A stretch of 64,000 bases of DNA from Trueperaceae bacterium (GTDB lineage: Bacteria > Deinococcota > Deinococci > Deinococcales > Trueperaceae): the NCBI GenBank assembly GCA_965214405.1, contig OZ243956.1, positions 1,120,001 to 1,184,000 of the forward strand, given 5' to 3'. Within the stretch, counting starts at the first letter, position 1. Each line of letters opens with the position of its first letter. Of this stretch, positions 10,436-21,790 are shown piece after piece. The notes under the pieces were generated by a model. It did no database searches. It was not told the DNA's origin and worked only from the letters and a program-made list of their open reading frames with translations. Both the position numbers and the translations under genes were made by a program.

Positions 10436-10738
10436 ATGGTTTTGAGCTTACAAAAGGCTTTGTCACGAGAAACTGACGGTATCTCTTAAACGGTCGTTTG
10501 ATAAGTTTCTCACCCGCCACCCCGCCGGGTTGTGCATATTTTCTCGTTTGGCTCGAGCCCACTTGCAGAGTTCTGAAGAACCGACCAGGGATTTGGTCAC
10601 GGGTTGGTGCTGTTAAAGACAAACTGATGAGGTCTGCTTGAACAGAAGACGTCTCATTGCCACTCCCTTGACCATCTTGCTTTTGGTTTTTTATTCATGA
10701 TAGCCTCACTGTGGAAAAACTCACATCTGGAGGCTCCT

Positions 10739-11410
10739 GTGAAAAACCGTTTTGCTTACCCTGGAATTTGTATTGGTGTTGCGTTAGTGCTCCTCGCGGG
10801 CTGCGCGCCGGGCGTGTCGTCGCAAGTGCAGGAGGTGCCCAACCTGCCCGCTTACGACGGACCCAGAGCGTCTATCGTGCTGGGCTCGTTCGACTGCAGC
10901 GCCGCGAACTGTTTTCAGGGTATCGGCGAAGGCATGGCCGACGCGATGGTCACCGCGTTGGTGCAGTCCAGCCGCTTTCAGGTGGTCGAGGCCTCGGGAA
11001 ATCTAGGAACTTTGGAAGACGAACTCAACGTAACCGGCGAAGCGGGCGCGTTTGAGGGTGCCGACCTCGCGTTGGTGGGCTCTGTGACGCAGTTCGAGCC
11101 CAACGCAGGGGGTACGTCGAGCCGGGGGGGCGTGCTCAACCTGTTCGGCGGCGCCGCCGCCAATCGGGCAAGCGCGGCCATCGACTTGCGCGTGGTCGAC
11201 GTGAGAACCCGCACCATCGTCGCCGTCACCAGGGTCACGGGCGAAGCGACGAGCGTCGGGCTTGAGGGTGGGGCTCGAGCCTTTGGCCTGGGGAGCGGCG
11301 CGCTCAGCACCTACGAAAACACGCCGATGGAAACCGCGATTCAGGACATGATTTATACTGCTGTGATCGAACTGGGTAATAAGATTCCGCAAGAATATTA
11401 TCGGTACTAA
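10739..11410 (+). CDS. CsgG/HfaB family lipoprotein
   Basis: GGAGG then GTG at 10739; lipobox LAGC; MVTALVQSSRFQVVE, GSVTQFE, IDLRVVDVRT. Confidence 0.85.
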   Translation: MKNRFAYPGICIGVALVLLAGCAPGVSSQVQEVPNLPAYDGPRASIVLGSFDCSAANCFQGIGEGMADAMVTALVQSSRFQVVEASGNLGTLEDELNVTGEAGAFEGADLALVGSVTQFEPNAGGTSSRGGVLNLFGGAAANRASAAIDLRVVDVRTRTIVAVTRVTGEATSVGLEGGARAFGLGSGALSTYENTPMETAIQDMIYTAVIELGNKIPQEYYRY

Positions 11411-11435
11411 AGAACAAGCGCAAACCTCACCTTAG

Positions 11436-11474
11436 ACACCTCGCTTAAAGCTCGAGCGAGGTGTTTTTGTTTTT
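11436..11474 (+). terminator. Intrinsic terminator
   Basis: ACACCTCGCT / AGCGAGGTGT stem then TTTTGTTTTT. Confidence 0.85.
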
Positions 11475-11567
11475 ACAAAAGCTTACAGACGTTGGCGACG
11501 AGAAGCGTACTTACACCACGCCTGACAATCCCTTAATCTTTAGTCCTCGGCTGGTAAAGTAACGCTC

Positions 11568-12521
11568 ATGACCGAGCTGGACGCCTGGGGCGCGACTTTA
11601 ACGAGGGTGATCAACCCCGACAGCCTCAGCGGCGCGCTCATCTACCTGGTGCTCTCTATAGTCTTTGCCGTCGTGGCGAACCGGGCGCTACGCACGTTTG
11701 TACGGCTGTCGCTAAAACGCGATGTGCGGGGCCGCATCGACCGCACCGCGCTCGGGTTTTTGCAGCAGCTCGGCGGCATCTTCATCTGGGTTTTCGCGCT
11801 GGTCCTTTACGCGCACCTCATCCCGCCGCTCCGCACGCTCGGCACGGCGCTCTTGGCGGGCGTCAGCGTCGTCTCGGTCGTGATCGGGCTGGCGGCGCAG
11901 AACACGCTGGGCAACCTCGTGGCGGGGCTGGCGCTCCTCATCTACCGCCCTTTTGAGGTCGGCGATAAGATTCAAGTCACCGCGCCCACAGGCTTGGAAA
12001 CGGGCACGGTCGAGAGCATCTCGCTCGGCTACACGATTTTAGCGACTTCCGACCATCGCCGCGTCGTGCTCTCGAACAGCACCATCGCCAACCAGACGAC
12101 CGTCAACCTTACAGACGCCGACCCCAAGGTGACGGCGGAGGTGCCCATCAGCGTCGCGTACGGGGCCGATATCGACCGGGCGCGGGCCGTGATTCTCGAG
12201 CTGGCCCACCTCGCCGTCCGCTTCCCTGTTCACGCTCCCGTTTACCCCCACACGCATTCGGACGCCAACGCGGGCGTGGACTGCCCGGTGGTCGCGCTAA
12301 GCGACAAAGGCGTAGACTTCCTTTTGCGCGCCCCCTGCGCGAACGCGGACGCGGCTATTGCATTTAGGGCCGAGGTGCTCGAGGGGGTCAAGAAACGTTT
12401 TGACGAGGAGGGAATCGAGATGCCTTACACCTATACCAAAGTAACCCTGGAAGAAGAGCGCACTGCGCGGGCTTCGGCGACAGAAGGACGTACAGAAGCG
12501 TCCGTGAAAAATGAAGCGTAA
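11568..12521 (+). CDS. Small-conductance mechanosensitive channel (MscS family)
   Basis: Three TM segments, IGLAAQNTLGNLVAG, RPFEVGD, GTVESI, VAYGADID. Confidence 0.92.
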   Translation: MTELDAWGATLTRVINPDSLSGALIYLVLSIVFAVVANRALRTFVRLSLKRDVRGRIDRTALGFLQQLGGIFIWVFALVLYAHLIPPLRTLGTALLAGVSVVSVVIGLAAQNTLGNLVAGLALLIYRPFEVGDKIQVTAPTGLETGTVESISLGYTILATSDHRRVVLSNSTIANQTTVNLTDADPKVTAEVPISVAYGADIDRARAVILELAHLAVRFPVHAPVYPHTHSDANAGVDCPVVALSDKGVDFLLRAPCANADAAIAFRAEVLEGVKKRFDEEGIEMPYTYTKVTLEEERTARASATEGRTEASVKNEA

Positions 12522-13350
12522 GCTCGCGCTCGGCGCGCTCGCGTTGGCGGGGGGCGCGCTTATCCTCCGCGCAGCGCTGAGGACGCCTTCGAGCGCGCGC
12601 AACTGGGACCCCGACGTGGCCCGGACGCCGCAGGCGGAGTTTGCGGGCGACACGCTCACGCTGCGTAACGTCCGCAACACCCGCTACGGGCTGTCCGGCA
12701 CGCCCTACGACGTTGTCTGGGAAGACCGCACCTACGACCTCAGCACCTTAAAGCGCCTTTGGTTCATCGTCGAACCCTTTCACCCGACCTTAAAGGTTAT
12801 CGCCCACACTTTTCTAAGTTTTGAATTTGGGGATGACTTTTTGGCGCTCTCCATTGAGGCGCGGCTCGAGCGGGGGGAACCCTATTCCATCGTTAAAGGT
12901 CTCATGAACGCGTTCGAACTTGTCTACACCGTCGGCACTGAACGCGACTTCATCGTGAGGCGCGCGCTGTATAGGGAGCACGCGCTCTACCTCTACCCGC
13001 TCGTGACAAAGCCCCACGAGGTGCGGTCTACGCTGCGGGAGATGCTTCAGACCGCCAACGACCTGCGCGTGAAGCCGCGCTTCTACAACTCGATTACGGA
13101 CAACTGCACCAGCGCGCTGCGCAAACACGCCAACCGGGTGCGCCCCGGCTCCTTCCCCGCGTTCGTTTTGGCCGACGTGTTGCCGGGGCTCTCGGACGAG
13201 GTTCTTTATCACAAAGGTTGGATAGACACAGCCGTTCCCCTGAGCGCGCTGCGCGACGCCTACAACGTCAAGGAGAGGGTCGCGGCGTGCGCCGAGAGGC
13301 TCGAGCCCGACTTTTCGCGCTGCATCCGCTGGGACCTGCCGACGCGGTGA
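12511..13350 (+). CDS. DUF4105 / Lnb N-terminal-like protein
   Basis: AHTFLSFEF, SIEAR, ERD, FYNSITDNCT; overlaps mscS stop. Confidence 0.82.
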   Translation: MKRKLALGALALAGGALILRAALRTPSSARNWDPDVARTPQAEFAGDTLTLRNVRNTRYGLSGTPYDVVWEDRTYDLSTLKRLWFIVEPFHPTLKVIAHTFLSFEFGDDFLALSIEARLERGEPYSIVKGLMNAFELVYTVGTERDFIVRRALYREHALYLYPLVTKPHEVRSTLREMLQTANDLRVKPRFYNSITDNCTSALRKHANRVRPGSFPAFVLADVLPGLSDEVLYHKGWIDTAVPLSALRDAYNVKERVAACAERLEPDFSRCIRWDLPTR

Positions 13351-13455
13351 GGGTGCGTTCCTCCCAGAGTTGACACCGCAACTCGTCTCAGAAAGCTTCA
13401 AGGCTCTAAAGCTTTGGTTCGCCTCGAGTCCCAAGTCTTCACCCCAATCTTTACC

Positions 13456-13498
13456 CAACGTTTACGGCGGCCCGTAACCTCAGCCGCCGTAAACGTTG
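13456..13498. terminator. 16-bp stem hairpin between convergent genes
   Basis: CAACGTTTACGGCGGC / GCCGCCGTAAACGTTG. Confidence 0.7.
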
Positions 13499-13528
13499 TG
13501 CAATAAACCGTGGGTCCCGTCCTTTACG

Positions 13529-15691
13529 TTAACGAATAAACAGCATCTCCTGGTACGTCGGCAGCGACCACAGGTCGTCGGCCACCACGGCCTCGAGCGC
13601 GTCGGCGGCTTCGCGCACCCGGCCCATCGCGGGCAACACCTTGTCGCGGGCAGCTTTAGCGCCGTCAAGCCCTTCGCCCACGTTTTTCTTGACACATTCC
13701 AGTTCGGCGGTGCTGTCTTGCAGCATCTTGACGAGGTGAGTTACCTTGTCGAGCGTGTCGGTATCAAACTCGTAGCCGATGGCTTTGAGGTGTGCGCAAG
13801 TCTGGGCAAGTTCGCCCTGGTAGCGGACCGCCGCCGGGAAGATGATGGTCTTTGCCATTTCGACGACCATGTTCGACTCTAGGTTGATGGTCTTGGTGTA
13901 CTGCTCGAGCGACACCTCATACAGGCTCTCCAACTCGTGCTCGCTCAGCACGCCGTATTTGCCAAACAACTCGACGCTGTCCTCGGCGACAAAGGCGGGC
14001 AGCGCGTCGGGCGTCGTTTTGAGGTTGGGCAGCCCGCGCGCCGCGGCTTCCTCGTGCCAGGCTTGTGAATAGCCGTCGCCGTTAAAAATCACGTCGCCGT
14101 GTTCGGTGATGATCTCTTTGAGGAGCGCCTGGAGCGCCGCGTTAAAGTCTTGCGCGCCCTCGAGCTTGTTAGCGATAAAGTCGAGCGACTCCGCCAAGAT
14201 GGTGTTGACGACCGTGACGGGCAGCGCGATGGACTGGCTCGAGCCCACCGCGCGGAACTCGAACTTGTTGCCCGTAAACGCGAAGGGGCTCGTGCGGTTG
14301 CGGTCGCCCGCGTGTCTGGGCAGGGGCGGCAGGGTGTCGACCCCGATATTGAGCGTGCCCGAGGGTTTCGAAGTTTTCGCGCCGCCGTTCGCCTTGATTT
14401 GCTCGAACACGTCGGTCAACTGGTCGCCCAAAAATATAGACAGAATGGCGGGCGGCGCTTCGTTGGCCCCCAAACGGTGGTCGTTGCTCGCCGAGGCGAT
14501 GGACGCGCGCAGCAGCGGCGCGTACTTGTGAACCGCGCGAATCACGGCGGCGCAGAAGGTTAAAAACTGCGCGTTGTCGTGGGGGGTCTCGCCGGGCTCG
14601 AGCAAATTTCCCTGCGTCGCGTTGCCCAAAGACATGTTGACGTGTTTGCCGTTGCCGTTCACACCCGCGAAAGGTTTTTCGTGGAGCAAGCAGGCGAAAC
14701 CGTACTTGCCCGCGACCTTTTGCAGCACGGTCATGATGACCTGCTGGTGGTCGGCGGCGACGTTGGCGTTTTCAAACACCGGCGCAAGCTCAAACTGGGC
14801 CGGGGCCACCTCGTTGTGGCGCGTCTTGACGGGCACGCCGAGCTTGAAGAGTTCGCGCTCGACCGCGTACATGCAGGCCTGGACGCGTTCGTTGATGGCC
14901 CCGAAGTAGTGGTCGTCCAACTCCTGGCCCTTGGGGGGCGGCGCGCCGAGCAGGGTGCGGCCCGCATTGAGCAGGTCGGGACGCGCCAAGTAAAAGTTGC
15001 TGTCGACCAGAAAATACTCTTGCTCCGCGCCCGCCGTCGCCGTGACCAAGGCTATATTTTGGTGACCAAACAGCTTGAGGACCCTTTTGGCCTGCTTATC
15101 TAAAGCCTTCATCGACCGCAGCAGCGGCGTCTTTTTGTCCAGCGCCTCCCCCGTCCAGGACACGAAAGCCGAGGGAATGGTCAAGGTTAGGCCGTTGGGG
15201 TTCTCGACCAGGTAAGCGGGGCTGGTTACGTCCCAGGCGGTGTAGCCGCGCGCCTCGTGGGTCTGGCGGATGCCGCCGGTCGGGAAGCTCGAGCCGTCGG
15301 GTTCTTGCTGAATAAGCGTCGCCCCCGTAAATTCCGATATCGTCCCGCCTTCAGAAGTCGGCGAAAAAAAGCTGTCGTTCTTCTCGGCGGTGAGTCCCGT
15401 GAGCGGATAAAAAATGTGCCCGTAGTGCGTGGCCCCCTTTTCGGTCGCCCACGCCTTCATCGCCGAGGCGATGGCGTCCGCTGTGGTGATGTCCAGCGCC
15501 TGCCCCTCCTTAATAGTGCGCTGCAACGACCTAAACACGTCGAGGGGCAAGCGCTCTTTCATCACCGCCTGGCTGAATACGTGGCTAGCGAACAGCCCCC
15601 CCGTGGGATGCGTGACGTAATCAATGGCCTCGGGCAGTCTGTAGGTAATGGTCTCGGCAACGGCTCGGGTGCGTACGGCGTTTCCACTCAT
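13529..15691 (-). CDS. glnN: Glutamine synthetase type III
   Basis: 720 aa; [69 protein letters not shown]. Confidence 0.96.
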   Translation of the reverse strand: MSGNAVRTRAVAETITYRLPEAIDYVTHPTGGLFASHVFSQAVMKERLPLDVFRSLQRTIKEGQALDITTADAIASAMKAWATEKGATHYGHIFYPLTGLTAEKNDSFFSPTSEGGTISEFTGATLIQQEPDGSSFPTGGIRQTHEARGYTAWDVTSPAYLVENPNGLTLTIPSAFVSWTGEALDKKTPLLRSMKALDKQAKRVLKLFGHQNIALVTATAGAEQEYFLVDSNFYLARPDLLNAGRTLLGAPPPKGQELDDHYFGAINERVQACMYAVERELFKLGVPVKTRHNEVAPAQFELAPVFENANVAADHQQVIMTVLQKVAGKYGFACLLHEKPFAGVNGNGKHVNMSLGNATQGNLLEPGETPHDNAQFLTFCAAVIRAVHKYAPLLRASIASASNDHRLGANEAPPAILSIFLGDQLTDVFEQIKANGGAKTSKPSGTLNIGVDTLPPLPRHAGDRNRTSPFAFTGNKFEFRAVGSSQSIALPVTVVNTILAESLDFIANKLEGAQDFNAALQALLKEIITEHGDVIFNGDGYSQAWHEEAAARGLPNLKTTPDALPAFVAEDSVELFGKYGVLSEHELESLYEVSLEQYTKTINLESNMVVEMAKTIIFPAAVRYQGELAQTCAHLKAIGYEFDTDTLDKVTHLVKMLQDSTAELECVKKNVGEGLDGAKAARDKVLPAMGRVREAADALEAVVADDLWSLPTYQEMLFIR

Positions 15692-15847
15692 AGGGTCGGT
15701 CCTTTCGGGAATGCGTTTTAACGTCTAGTTAATGTTTAGGTCTGTCTGGGAGAAGTCTCGAGGGTCCACATGAAAGAAAGTAGGAGCAGGAAGCAAGGCG
15801 ATTGGGAAGCGCGGGTAGAGAGATTGAGGCCCGGCCCCGATGAAAAG

Positions 15848-15877
15848 AGTATAAAAAGTATACAGAGCATCTGTCAA
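15848..15877 (-). promoter_or_regulatory. Sigma70-type promoter for glnN
   Basis: Minus-strand TTGACA-N18-TATACT. Confidence 0.6.
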
Positions 15878-16066
15878 GAAATTCAGTGGTGTTTTGCTAT
15901 TAGCGTGCGACAACTCCTGCCTTTATCCAAGCTTCCTTGCAAGCTGTAACTTTTAGTGAGGCCGTTTGGCACGTTTCCAGTTTACGCTTTGTAATTCGTC
16001 TGCAAGCCATTCGAGGGTACAGAAACCCCTACACACCATCATGGGGTGGATTCGAACAGCGCAAAT

Positions 16067-16094
16067 GTAAAGCAGGGTGTACACCCTGCTTTAC
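16067..16094. repeat. Perfect 28-bp palindrome
   Basis: GTAAAGCAGGGTGT|ACACCCTGCTTTAC. Confidence 0.9.
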
Positions 16095-16198
16095 GCAACC
16101 TTCTTTGTGAGGCGTTGTGTTTCCTCGAGAGCCGGTTTAGCTTTGTTATCTCTGTAAAGTCATACGCTTCGTTAATCAAGGTTCATGGGAGAGTTCAT

Positions 16199-17059
16199 TC
16201 AAGAGGTAAACAGCGGTTCCATCTGCCGCTCTCTAAAAACGGCGGCTATGTCCTCGTCGGTGACGGCCCCGGTAAAGCGCTCGGCTGCGTCCAGCACTTT
16301 TGGCAAGACGTGGATGTCGCCGACCGTGTTTAAGAAGACGCCCTCTCGGTCTAGGACCCAGTGGACGGCTTTGTCAATGTCGCTTTGTTCCTCCAGAGGC
16401 TCGTACCAGGTGGCCCGCGTCGGCGCTTTGTCGCCCCAGGGAGCCCTGGTGATGGCCTTGATCGTTTGAACCGCCACATTGCGCTCCCTACACACGGCGA
16501 ACAAAGCTTCAAAGTCGGCGGCGTATTCGGGTGACTGCATCATGACGAAGCTGTAAGGCAGCAACACGGAGTCGAAGTCGTAGCGTTCCAAGCTTTGCAG
16601 GTGCCGTTTAGCCACGGTAAGCCCGTGTCCGGTCACGCCGATATAGCTTACTAAGCCTTCCGCTTTGGCTTCGGCGGCGGCCTCTAACGCGCCCCCGTCA
16701 CCCAGCGCCGTCTCCCACTCTTGCGGGTCGACGAGGTTGTGCAACTGGAGGAGGTCGACGTGGTCGACCCCTAGCCGCTCCAAAGAGCGGTGGATTTCGT
16801 CTTTGGCCGCCCTGTAGCCGCGCTCCCCCGTTTTGGTCGCCAGAAAAAAGTCCTTGCGGTGCGTTTTCATCCAGGGGGCGAGCCGCAGCTCGGCGTCGCC
16901 GTAGCTCGCCGCCACGTCGATGTGGTTTAGGCGGTGCTCGAGCACCCGTTCCATCGTCCGGTCGGCCTCAGCCTGGGTGACCTTGCTGAGGGCCGCCGCG
17001 CCGAAAATCGTGCGCGTGCTGAGGTGTCCGGTGCGGCCAAAGGGCAGTGTGGCTATCAT
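16199..17059 (-). CDS. Aldo/keto reductase
   Basis: [34 protein letters not shown]. Confidence 0.92.
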   Translation of the reverse strand: MIATLPFGRTGHLSTRTIFGAAALSKVTQAEADRTMERVLEHRLNHIDVAASYGDAELRLAPWMKTHRKDFFLATKTGERGYRAAKDEIHRSLERLGVDHVDLLQLHNLVDPQEWETALGDGGALEAAAEAKAEGLVSYIGVTGHGLTVAKRHLQSLERYDFDSVLLPYSFVMMQSPEYAADFEALFAVCRERNVAVQTIKAITRAPWGDKAPTRATWYEPLEEQSDIDKAVHWVLDREGVFLNTVGDIHVLPKVLDAAERFTGAVTDEDIAAVFRERQMEPLFTS

Positions 17060-17234
17060 AGTTTCTCCTCTTTTATCATGGGCATTATACAGGAAGCTAT
17101 CGAATGCGCTTCTGCTTTAGTAAAAAAGTATCGAGTACCGGGTACCGAGTTGAGAGTCTTCTCGGGCCTCGGTACTCATCTCTCTGAACGCTCCCAAAGA
17201 GACTTGAGAATAAAAGCCTGAAATCTCAAAGCAG

Positions 17235-18242
17235 TCAGCGCCGCTGTTGTGCCCCCGCGATAAAATCATAGGGGTAGGGCAGGCTAATCTCGCTGGCTTC
17301 GTTCAGCGTGTCCATCTGCTCATTCGTGAGGGACCAGCCGGACGCGCCCAGATTGCTGCTGAGCTGCGCTCCGTTTCTGGCCCCGATGATGGGCGCGGTG
17401 ACCGCCGGTTGTTGTACCAGCCAGCGCAGCGCGACTTGGGCGGGATGCTTGTCGGCGTCTTCGGCGACACCGTGCAGCGCGTCCAACACGCCCCAGGTGT
17501 ATTCATTATTGTAGGCGCTCCACGACTCGCCCCAGCCCTCCTCTTCAGCCTTTTTCACACGGCTGTCTTCGGGTGGCGCGCTCATGCCGCGCTTAAGCTT
17601 GCCGCTTAGCCAGCCGCCTCTTAATGGACTCCAGGGAATCACGCCGATACCTTCGGCTTCGCACAAAGGAATCAGTTCCCACTCGGTCGAGCGGCACAGC
17701 AGGTTGTACTGCGGCTGCAAGCAGGTAAAGGCCTCTAAGCCTAAGCGCTTACTCAGCGAAATCGCCTTTTGGAGCTGCCAGCCCGTAAAGTTGCTTGCAC
17801 CGATGTAGCGCACCAGCCCGCGCCTTACCAGGTCGTTGAGGGTGGTCAGCGTTTCCTCTAAGGGCGTCTTCTCGTCCCAGCAATGCACCTGATAGAGGTC
17901 GATGTAGTCGGTTTTGAGGCGTTTAAGGCTCGCTTCAACGCCCGCCATAATGTGCTTACGGCTGAGTCCCGCCTCGTTGGGGCCGTCCCCCATAGGAAAG
18001 CGCACTTTGGTCGCAATGACAAAATCATCCCGCTTTTGTTTGGCTAACCACGCGCCCGTGACCTCTTCGGAGACGCCCTGCGAGTAAACGTCCGCGGTGT
18101 CGATAAAGGTGCCGCCCGCCTCCACAAACATGTCCAACATCTTGTGACTTAGCGCCTCGTCGGCTTCACGCCCAAAGGTCATCGCGCCCAAACAAAGCTC
18201 GCTGACCCTCAGACCCGTTTTGCCCATGAATTTGTAGTCCAT
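17235..18242 (-). CDS. Aldo/keto reductase
   Basis: [42 protein letters not shown]. Confidence 0.95.
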   Translation of the reverse strand: MDYKFMGKTGLRVSELCLGAMTFGREADEALSHKMLDMFVEAGGTFIDTADVYSQGVSEEVTGAWLAKQKRDDFVIATKVRFPMGDGPNEAGLSRKHIMAGVEASLKRLKTDYIDLYQVHCWDEKTPLEETLTTLNDLVRRGLVRYIGASNFTGWQLQKAISLSKRLGLEAFTCLQPQYNLLCRSTEWELIPLCEAEGIGVIPWSPLRGGWLSGKLKRGMSAPPEDSRVKKAEEEGWGESWSAYNNEYTWGVLDALHGVAEDADKHPAQVALRWLVQQPAVTAPIIGARNGAQLSSNLGASGWSLTNEQMDTLNEASEISLPYPYDFIAGAQQRR

Positions 18243-18537
18243 GATTTGCCCCTTCTAGAGATTTGAGAAGGAAGAACATGGAATGTCCCCTCCATTCTCT
18301 CTTCTGCCTTCTCTATTTTCTACGCTACTCCCGAACCCTCCAAAAGCAACTTCGTAAGATGAGCGCCCTCGTCCGCCTCACTCGCAGCTCCCACGCTCCG
18401 CCTCGAGCCTTGGGGACGAGGGACGCCCCAAACACCCGCACGTCACAATTGCTCGTTTCTTACTCTTTGCTCCTCGCTTCTCTCACCATAACAGAATCCG
18501 ACTTAGCCACGTCCATAACGTCCCCGGAACCCCGCCC

Positions 18538-19374
18538 TTACTTGAGCGCCCCCGAGGTCAGCCCCTCGATAATCTGCTTGCTCGCCAGCAGATAAAGCAG
18601 CAGCAGCGGCAGCGCGGTGATAGTCAGGCCTGAAAAGAGGAGCGCCCAGTCGTTCTGGTGCTCGCCAAAAAAGGAGAACAGCCCCAGCGGCAGGGTTTTG
18701 AACCTTTCGGCGCGGATAAAGATGAGCGGGAAGAAAAAGTCGTTCCACCAGGGGATAAAGTTAAAAATCGCCACGGTCGCAAGCGCGGGGCGCACTAATG
18801 GCAGCATCACCTGGGCGTAGATGCGAAACTCGCCCGCGCCGTCTAGACGGGCGGCCTCCTCGAGCTCCTTGGGTAGCGTCTCAAAAAAGTTGGCAAGGAC
18901 AAAGATGGTGAAGGGCAGTCCGCTCGCCGCGTAGATTAAAATAAGCGACCAGGGCGTGTTGAGGAGCCCAAGATCGCGCATCAGAAAAAAGAGCGGCAGG
19001 ATGCCTAAGCGAATGGGCAGCATGAGCCCCGCCAGAAAGTACAGCATGAGCCAGTTTCGCCCCCGAAATGCGTAGCGCCCGAGCGGGTAGGCCGCGAGGC
19101 TGCCCAGGACCGACACGAGCGCGAGCGCCGCCACAGTGACAAAGACGCTGTTGCCAAAATACGTCGAGAAGTTGCCCTCACCCCAGGCGCGAGCGTAGTT
19201 CTCAAAGCTCCAGCTTTCGGGCAAGGCGAAGGGGCTGCGGAAGATTTCTCGAGTGCTCTTAAACGACGACAGCATCATCAGGAACACGGGATAAACGACG
19301 GTAAACCCGTACGCGGCCAAAACGAGGTAGATGAGCGTTTTTTTGGTGAGCCGCCAGGGGGACGCACTAGTCAT
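18538..19374 (-). CDS. Carbohydrate ABC transporter permease
   Basis: EEAARLDGA loop, WNDFFFP; ATG at 19374 overlaps upstream gene end. Confidence 0.93.
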   Translation of the reverse strand: MTSASPWRLTKKTLIYLVLAAYGFTVVYPVFLMMLSSFKSTREIFRSPFALPESWSFENYARAWGEGNFSTYFGNSVFVTVAALALVSVLGSLAAYPLGRYAFRGRNWLMLYFLAGLMLPIRLGILPLFFLMRDLGLLNTPWSLILIYAASGLPFTIFVLANFFETLPKELEEAARLDGAGEFRIYAQVMLPLVRPALATVAIFNFIPWWNDFFFPLIFIRAERFKTLPLGLFSFFGEHQNDWALLFSGLTITALPLLLLYLLASKQIIEGLTSGALK

Positions 19375-20314
19375 ACACGACCTCCTCACGGCGAAAGAGG
19401 CGCAGCGCAACAAAAGACACCACGGCGACAAAGCCAAACGTCACCACCGCCAGGGCCGAACCCATACTCACCGCGTCTTGGCCCCCGCCAAAGGCGGTGC
19501 GGTAAAAGAAGGTGCCGAGCACGTCCGTCGCGCCGCCCGGCGAGCCGTTAGAGCCCGCCATCACAAAAATGAGTTCGAAGGTGTTGAAGTTGCCGATAAA
19601 GGTCAGGATGGTCACAATCGTCAGCGACGGGCGCAGGAGCGGGAGCTGGACAAAACGGAACACCTGCGAACCCGTCGCGCCGTCTAAGCGCGCGGCCTCC
19701 AAATAGCTGTTGGGGATGCTCCCCAGGTTCGCCAAAAAAAGCATCATCGGAAAGCCCAGCCAGGCCCAGGCATTGACAAAAATAATGGTCGGCAACGCCG
19801 TTTCCGGTTGACCCAACCAAGGCTGCGCGAGCGCGTCCAGACCGACCCTTTTAAGCGCCTGGTTGAGCGGCCCGAAAAGCGGGTTGAGGATGAGGTTCCA
19901 TAAAAATCCGACCAGCACCACCGCCAGGAGGTGCGGCATGAAGAAAAGGTTTTGCCAGAACTGCCGCCCCCGCCGCAGGTTGTAGAGCAGCACCGCAAAA
20001 AAAAGTGCCACCGTGTTCTGCACGAGCATCGTGCCCGCGAAAAAGGCGACGTTGTGCCGAAAGGCGTCCCACAGGTCGCCGCGCCAGGGGGGCTGGGTGA
20101 AGAGCTTGACGAAGTTGGCGAGCCCGACGAACGCTCCGCGCTGCAAGCCCCGCCACTCGAAGAGGCTGTAGCCGACCGCGTTGAGGAGCGGCCAGACGAT
20201 AAAGAGGCTGTAGAGCAAAAAGGCGGGCAGCCAAAAAGGAAGAAAGCGCCAGAAGGGAGACGCACGTTTAGTGCGCTTCCCCGCGGCGCTCCCTTGCGCG
20301 GCGCGCGTCGCCAC
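19367..20314 (-). CDS. Carbohydrate ABC transporter permease
   Basis: FVGLANF, EAARLDGA loop, multiple TM segments. Confidence 0.93.
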   Translation of the reverse strand: MATRAAQGSAAGKRTKRASPFWRFLPFWLPAFLLYSLFIVWPLLNAVGYSLFEWRGLQRGAFVGLANFVKLFTQPPWRGDLWDAFRHNVAFFAGTMLVQNTVALFFAVLLYNLRRGRQFWQNLFFMPHLLAVVLVGFLWNLILNPLFGPLNQALKRVGLDALAQPWLGQPETALPTIIFVNAWAWLGFPMMLFLANLGSIPNSYLEAARLDGATGSQVFRFVQLPLLRPSLTIVTILTFIGNFNTFELIFVMAGSNGSPGGATDVLGTFFYRTAFGGGQDAVSMGSALAVVTFGFVAVVSFVALRLFRREEVVYD

Positions 20315-21552
20315 TACTGGCTGGCGGCGGGCTGACCGGGCGTAAACCAGGTCGCCATCTGCGTTTGCAAATCAGCGGCGACCTCCTGAGGGGTCATGTC
20401 GTCCAAAAAGAGCTTCTGGATGTCCTGACCGATCACCGTCGTGCCCGAGGGCGTGCCGTAGCGAAAATGCACGAGCAGCATGTATGGCGTGGACGCCGCG
20501 TCGTAGAGCGACACAATCTCGGTAAGGACCGGGTCGGTCGGCGTCACCCCTTCGATGGGCGAAATCTGCGCGAGTTTATCCGTAAACATCTGGCCGAACT
20601 CGGGCGAGCCGAGCCACTGGGCAAAGGCCAGGGACGCGTCCATATCATCCGTGCTCGTCGTCACGGCCCAGGAGCCGTCGACAAACCAGGAGGCGACCTG
20701 CGCGTCCGTCCCCTTGGCGGGCACCGAGAACACGCCCAGCTCGAGGTCCGGGTTCTGAGCCTTGAAGTAGGCCGCCTCCCAGGAGCCACCGGGAAACATC
20801 CCCGCGAGCCCGTTGATAAAGAGGTTTTGGGTGTCGGCGTAAGACACCGCCGTGACGTCGGGGGGCAAGTAAGGCTGTAAATCCTTGACCGCCTGGACGC
20901 TCTCGACAAAGGCGGGGTCCTCAAAGGTCGTCTCGCCGCTCAAGACGCCCTCGACAAACGCGTCACCGCCGTAGGTTCCCGCGCCAACCACACTGTGAAA
21001 GATGGGCAGCATCCAGTCGTCTTTGCCCGTGACCGCGATGGGAATGTACCCGCCCGCCAGAAGCGCGTCGTTGACCGCGATGAACTCGTCCCAGGTGGTC
21101 GGCACCGATAAGCCCAGCTCCTCAAAGATGGCCTTGTTGTAGTACATCTGCAAAACCTGGATGGCGAAGGGCACGCCGTAGACCTGGCCGTCCTCGAGAC
21201 CCCGCACGGCGTCGAGCGCGGTGGCCGAGAAGTTGCTCAGGTTGGCGACCTTGCCGTCGAGCGGGACCAAATACCCCCCCTCAATCCAAGGCCTGACCCC
21301 GCCGTACGACCGCGTCTGCACCACGTCCGCCGCTTCGTTCGCCTGGAGCGAGGTGGCGACCAGCGTGTTGTATTCGGTATTAAGAAACGCCTCAAAGGTG
21401 ACGTCGGCACCCGACTCGTCTCTATACGTCTGCAAGATTTCGTTGTAGGCGTCGGCGTCTTCCGTGCGCCACGACCACATGTCGAGGGTCTGCGCGAACG
21501 CGCCCGTGAAAGCACTCAACGCAACGGTGATAATGAGCCAGCGAAACTTCAT
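20314..21552 (-). CDS. Carbohydrate ABC transporter substrate-binding protein
   Basis: GGAGG RBS, signal peptide MKFRWLII..., YGVPF, YYNKAIF, PTTWDEF. Confidence 0.92.
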   Translation of the reverse strand: MKFRWLIITVALSAFTGAFAQTLDMWSWRTEDADAYNEILQTYRDESGADVTFEAFLNTEYNTLVATSLQANEAADVVQTRSYGGVRPWIEGGYLVPLDGKVANLSNFSATALDAVRGLEDGQVYGVPFAIQVLQMYYNKAIFEELGLSVPTTWDEFIAVNDALLAGGYIPIAVTGKDDWMLPIFHSVVGAGTYGGDAFVEGVLSGETTFEDPAFVESVQAVKDLQPYLPPDVTAVSYADTQNLFINGLAGMFPGGSWEAAYFKAQNPDLELGVFSVPAKGTDAQVASWFVDGSWAVTTSTDDMDASLAFAQWLGSPEFGQMFTDKLAQISPIEGVTPTDPVLTEIVSLYDAASTPYMLLVHFRYGTPSGTTVIGQDIQKLFLDDMTPQEVAADLQTQMATWFTPGQPAASQ

Positions 21553-21790
21553 AGAAACCTCCTTGGGATTGAGCTGACCCAGTATAACCAGATGCACGTT
21601 TGCTCGAGCAAAATCCGGCTCATCATCGCGTAGGGTGTGGGTTACGGGTGGTGTTCAATAATCCGTTCTGTAGGACCCCCACACATGGCAACTTAGCGCG
21701 GCTTCTATACTCGGCGTAGCTAAACCCTCGAGGAGGCCCCATGAGCTTGTCCCGCACAACTTATTCGCACGATAAACGAGTGGAAAACTG

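Noticed and set aside
10620..10665. CTGATGA as a hammerhead ribozyme core
   Set aside because: No GAAA after the candidate stem II and no stems I or III.
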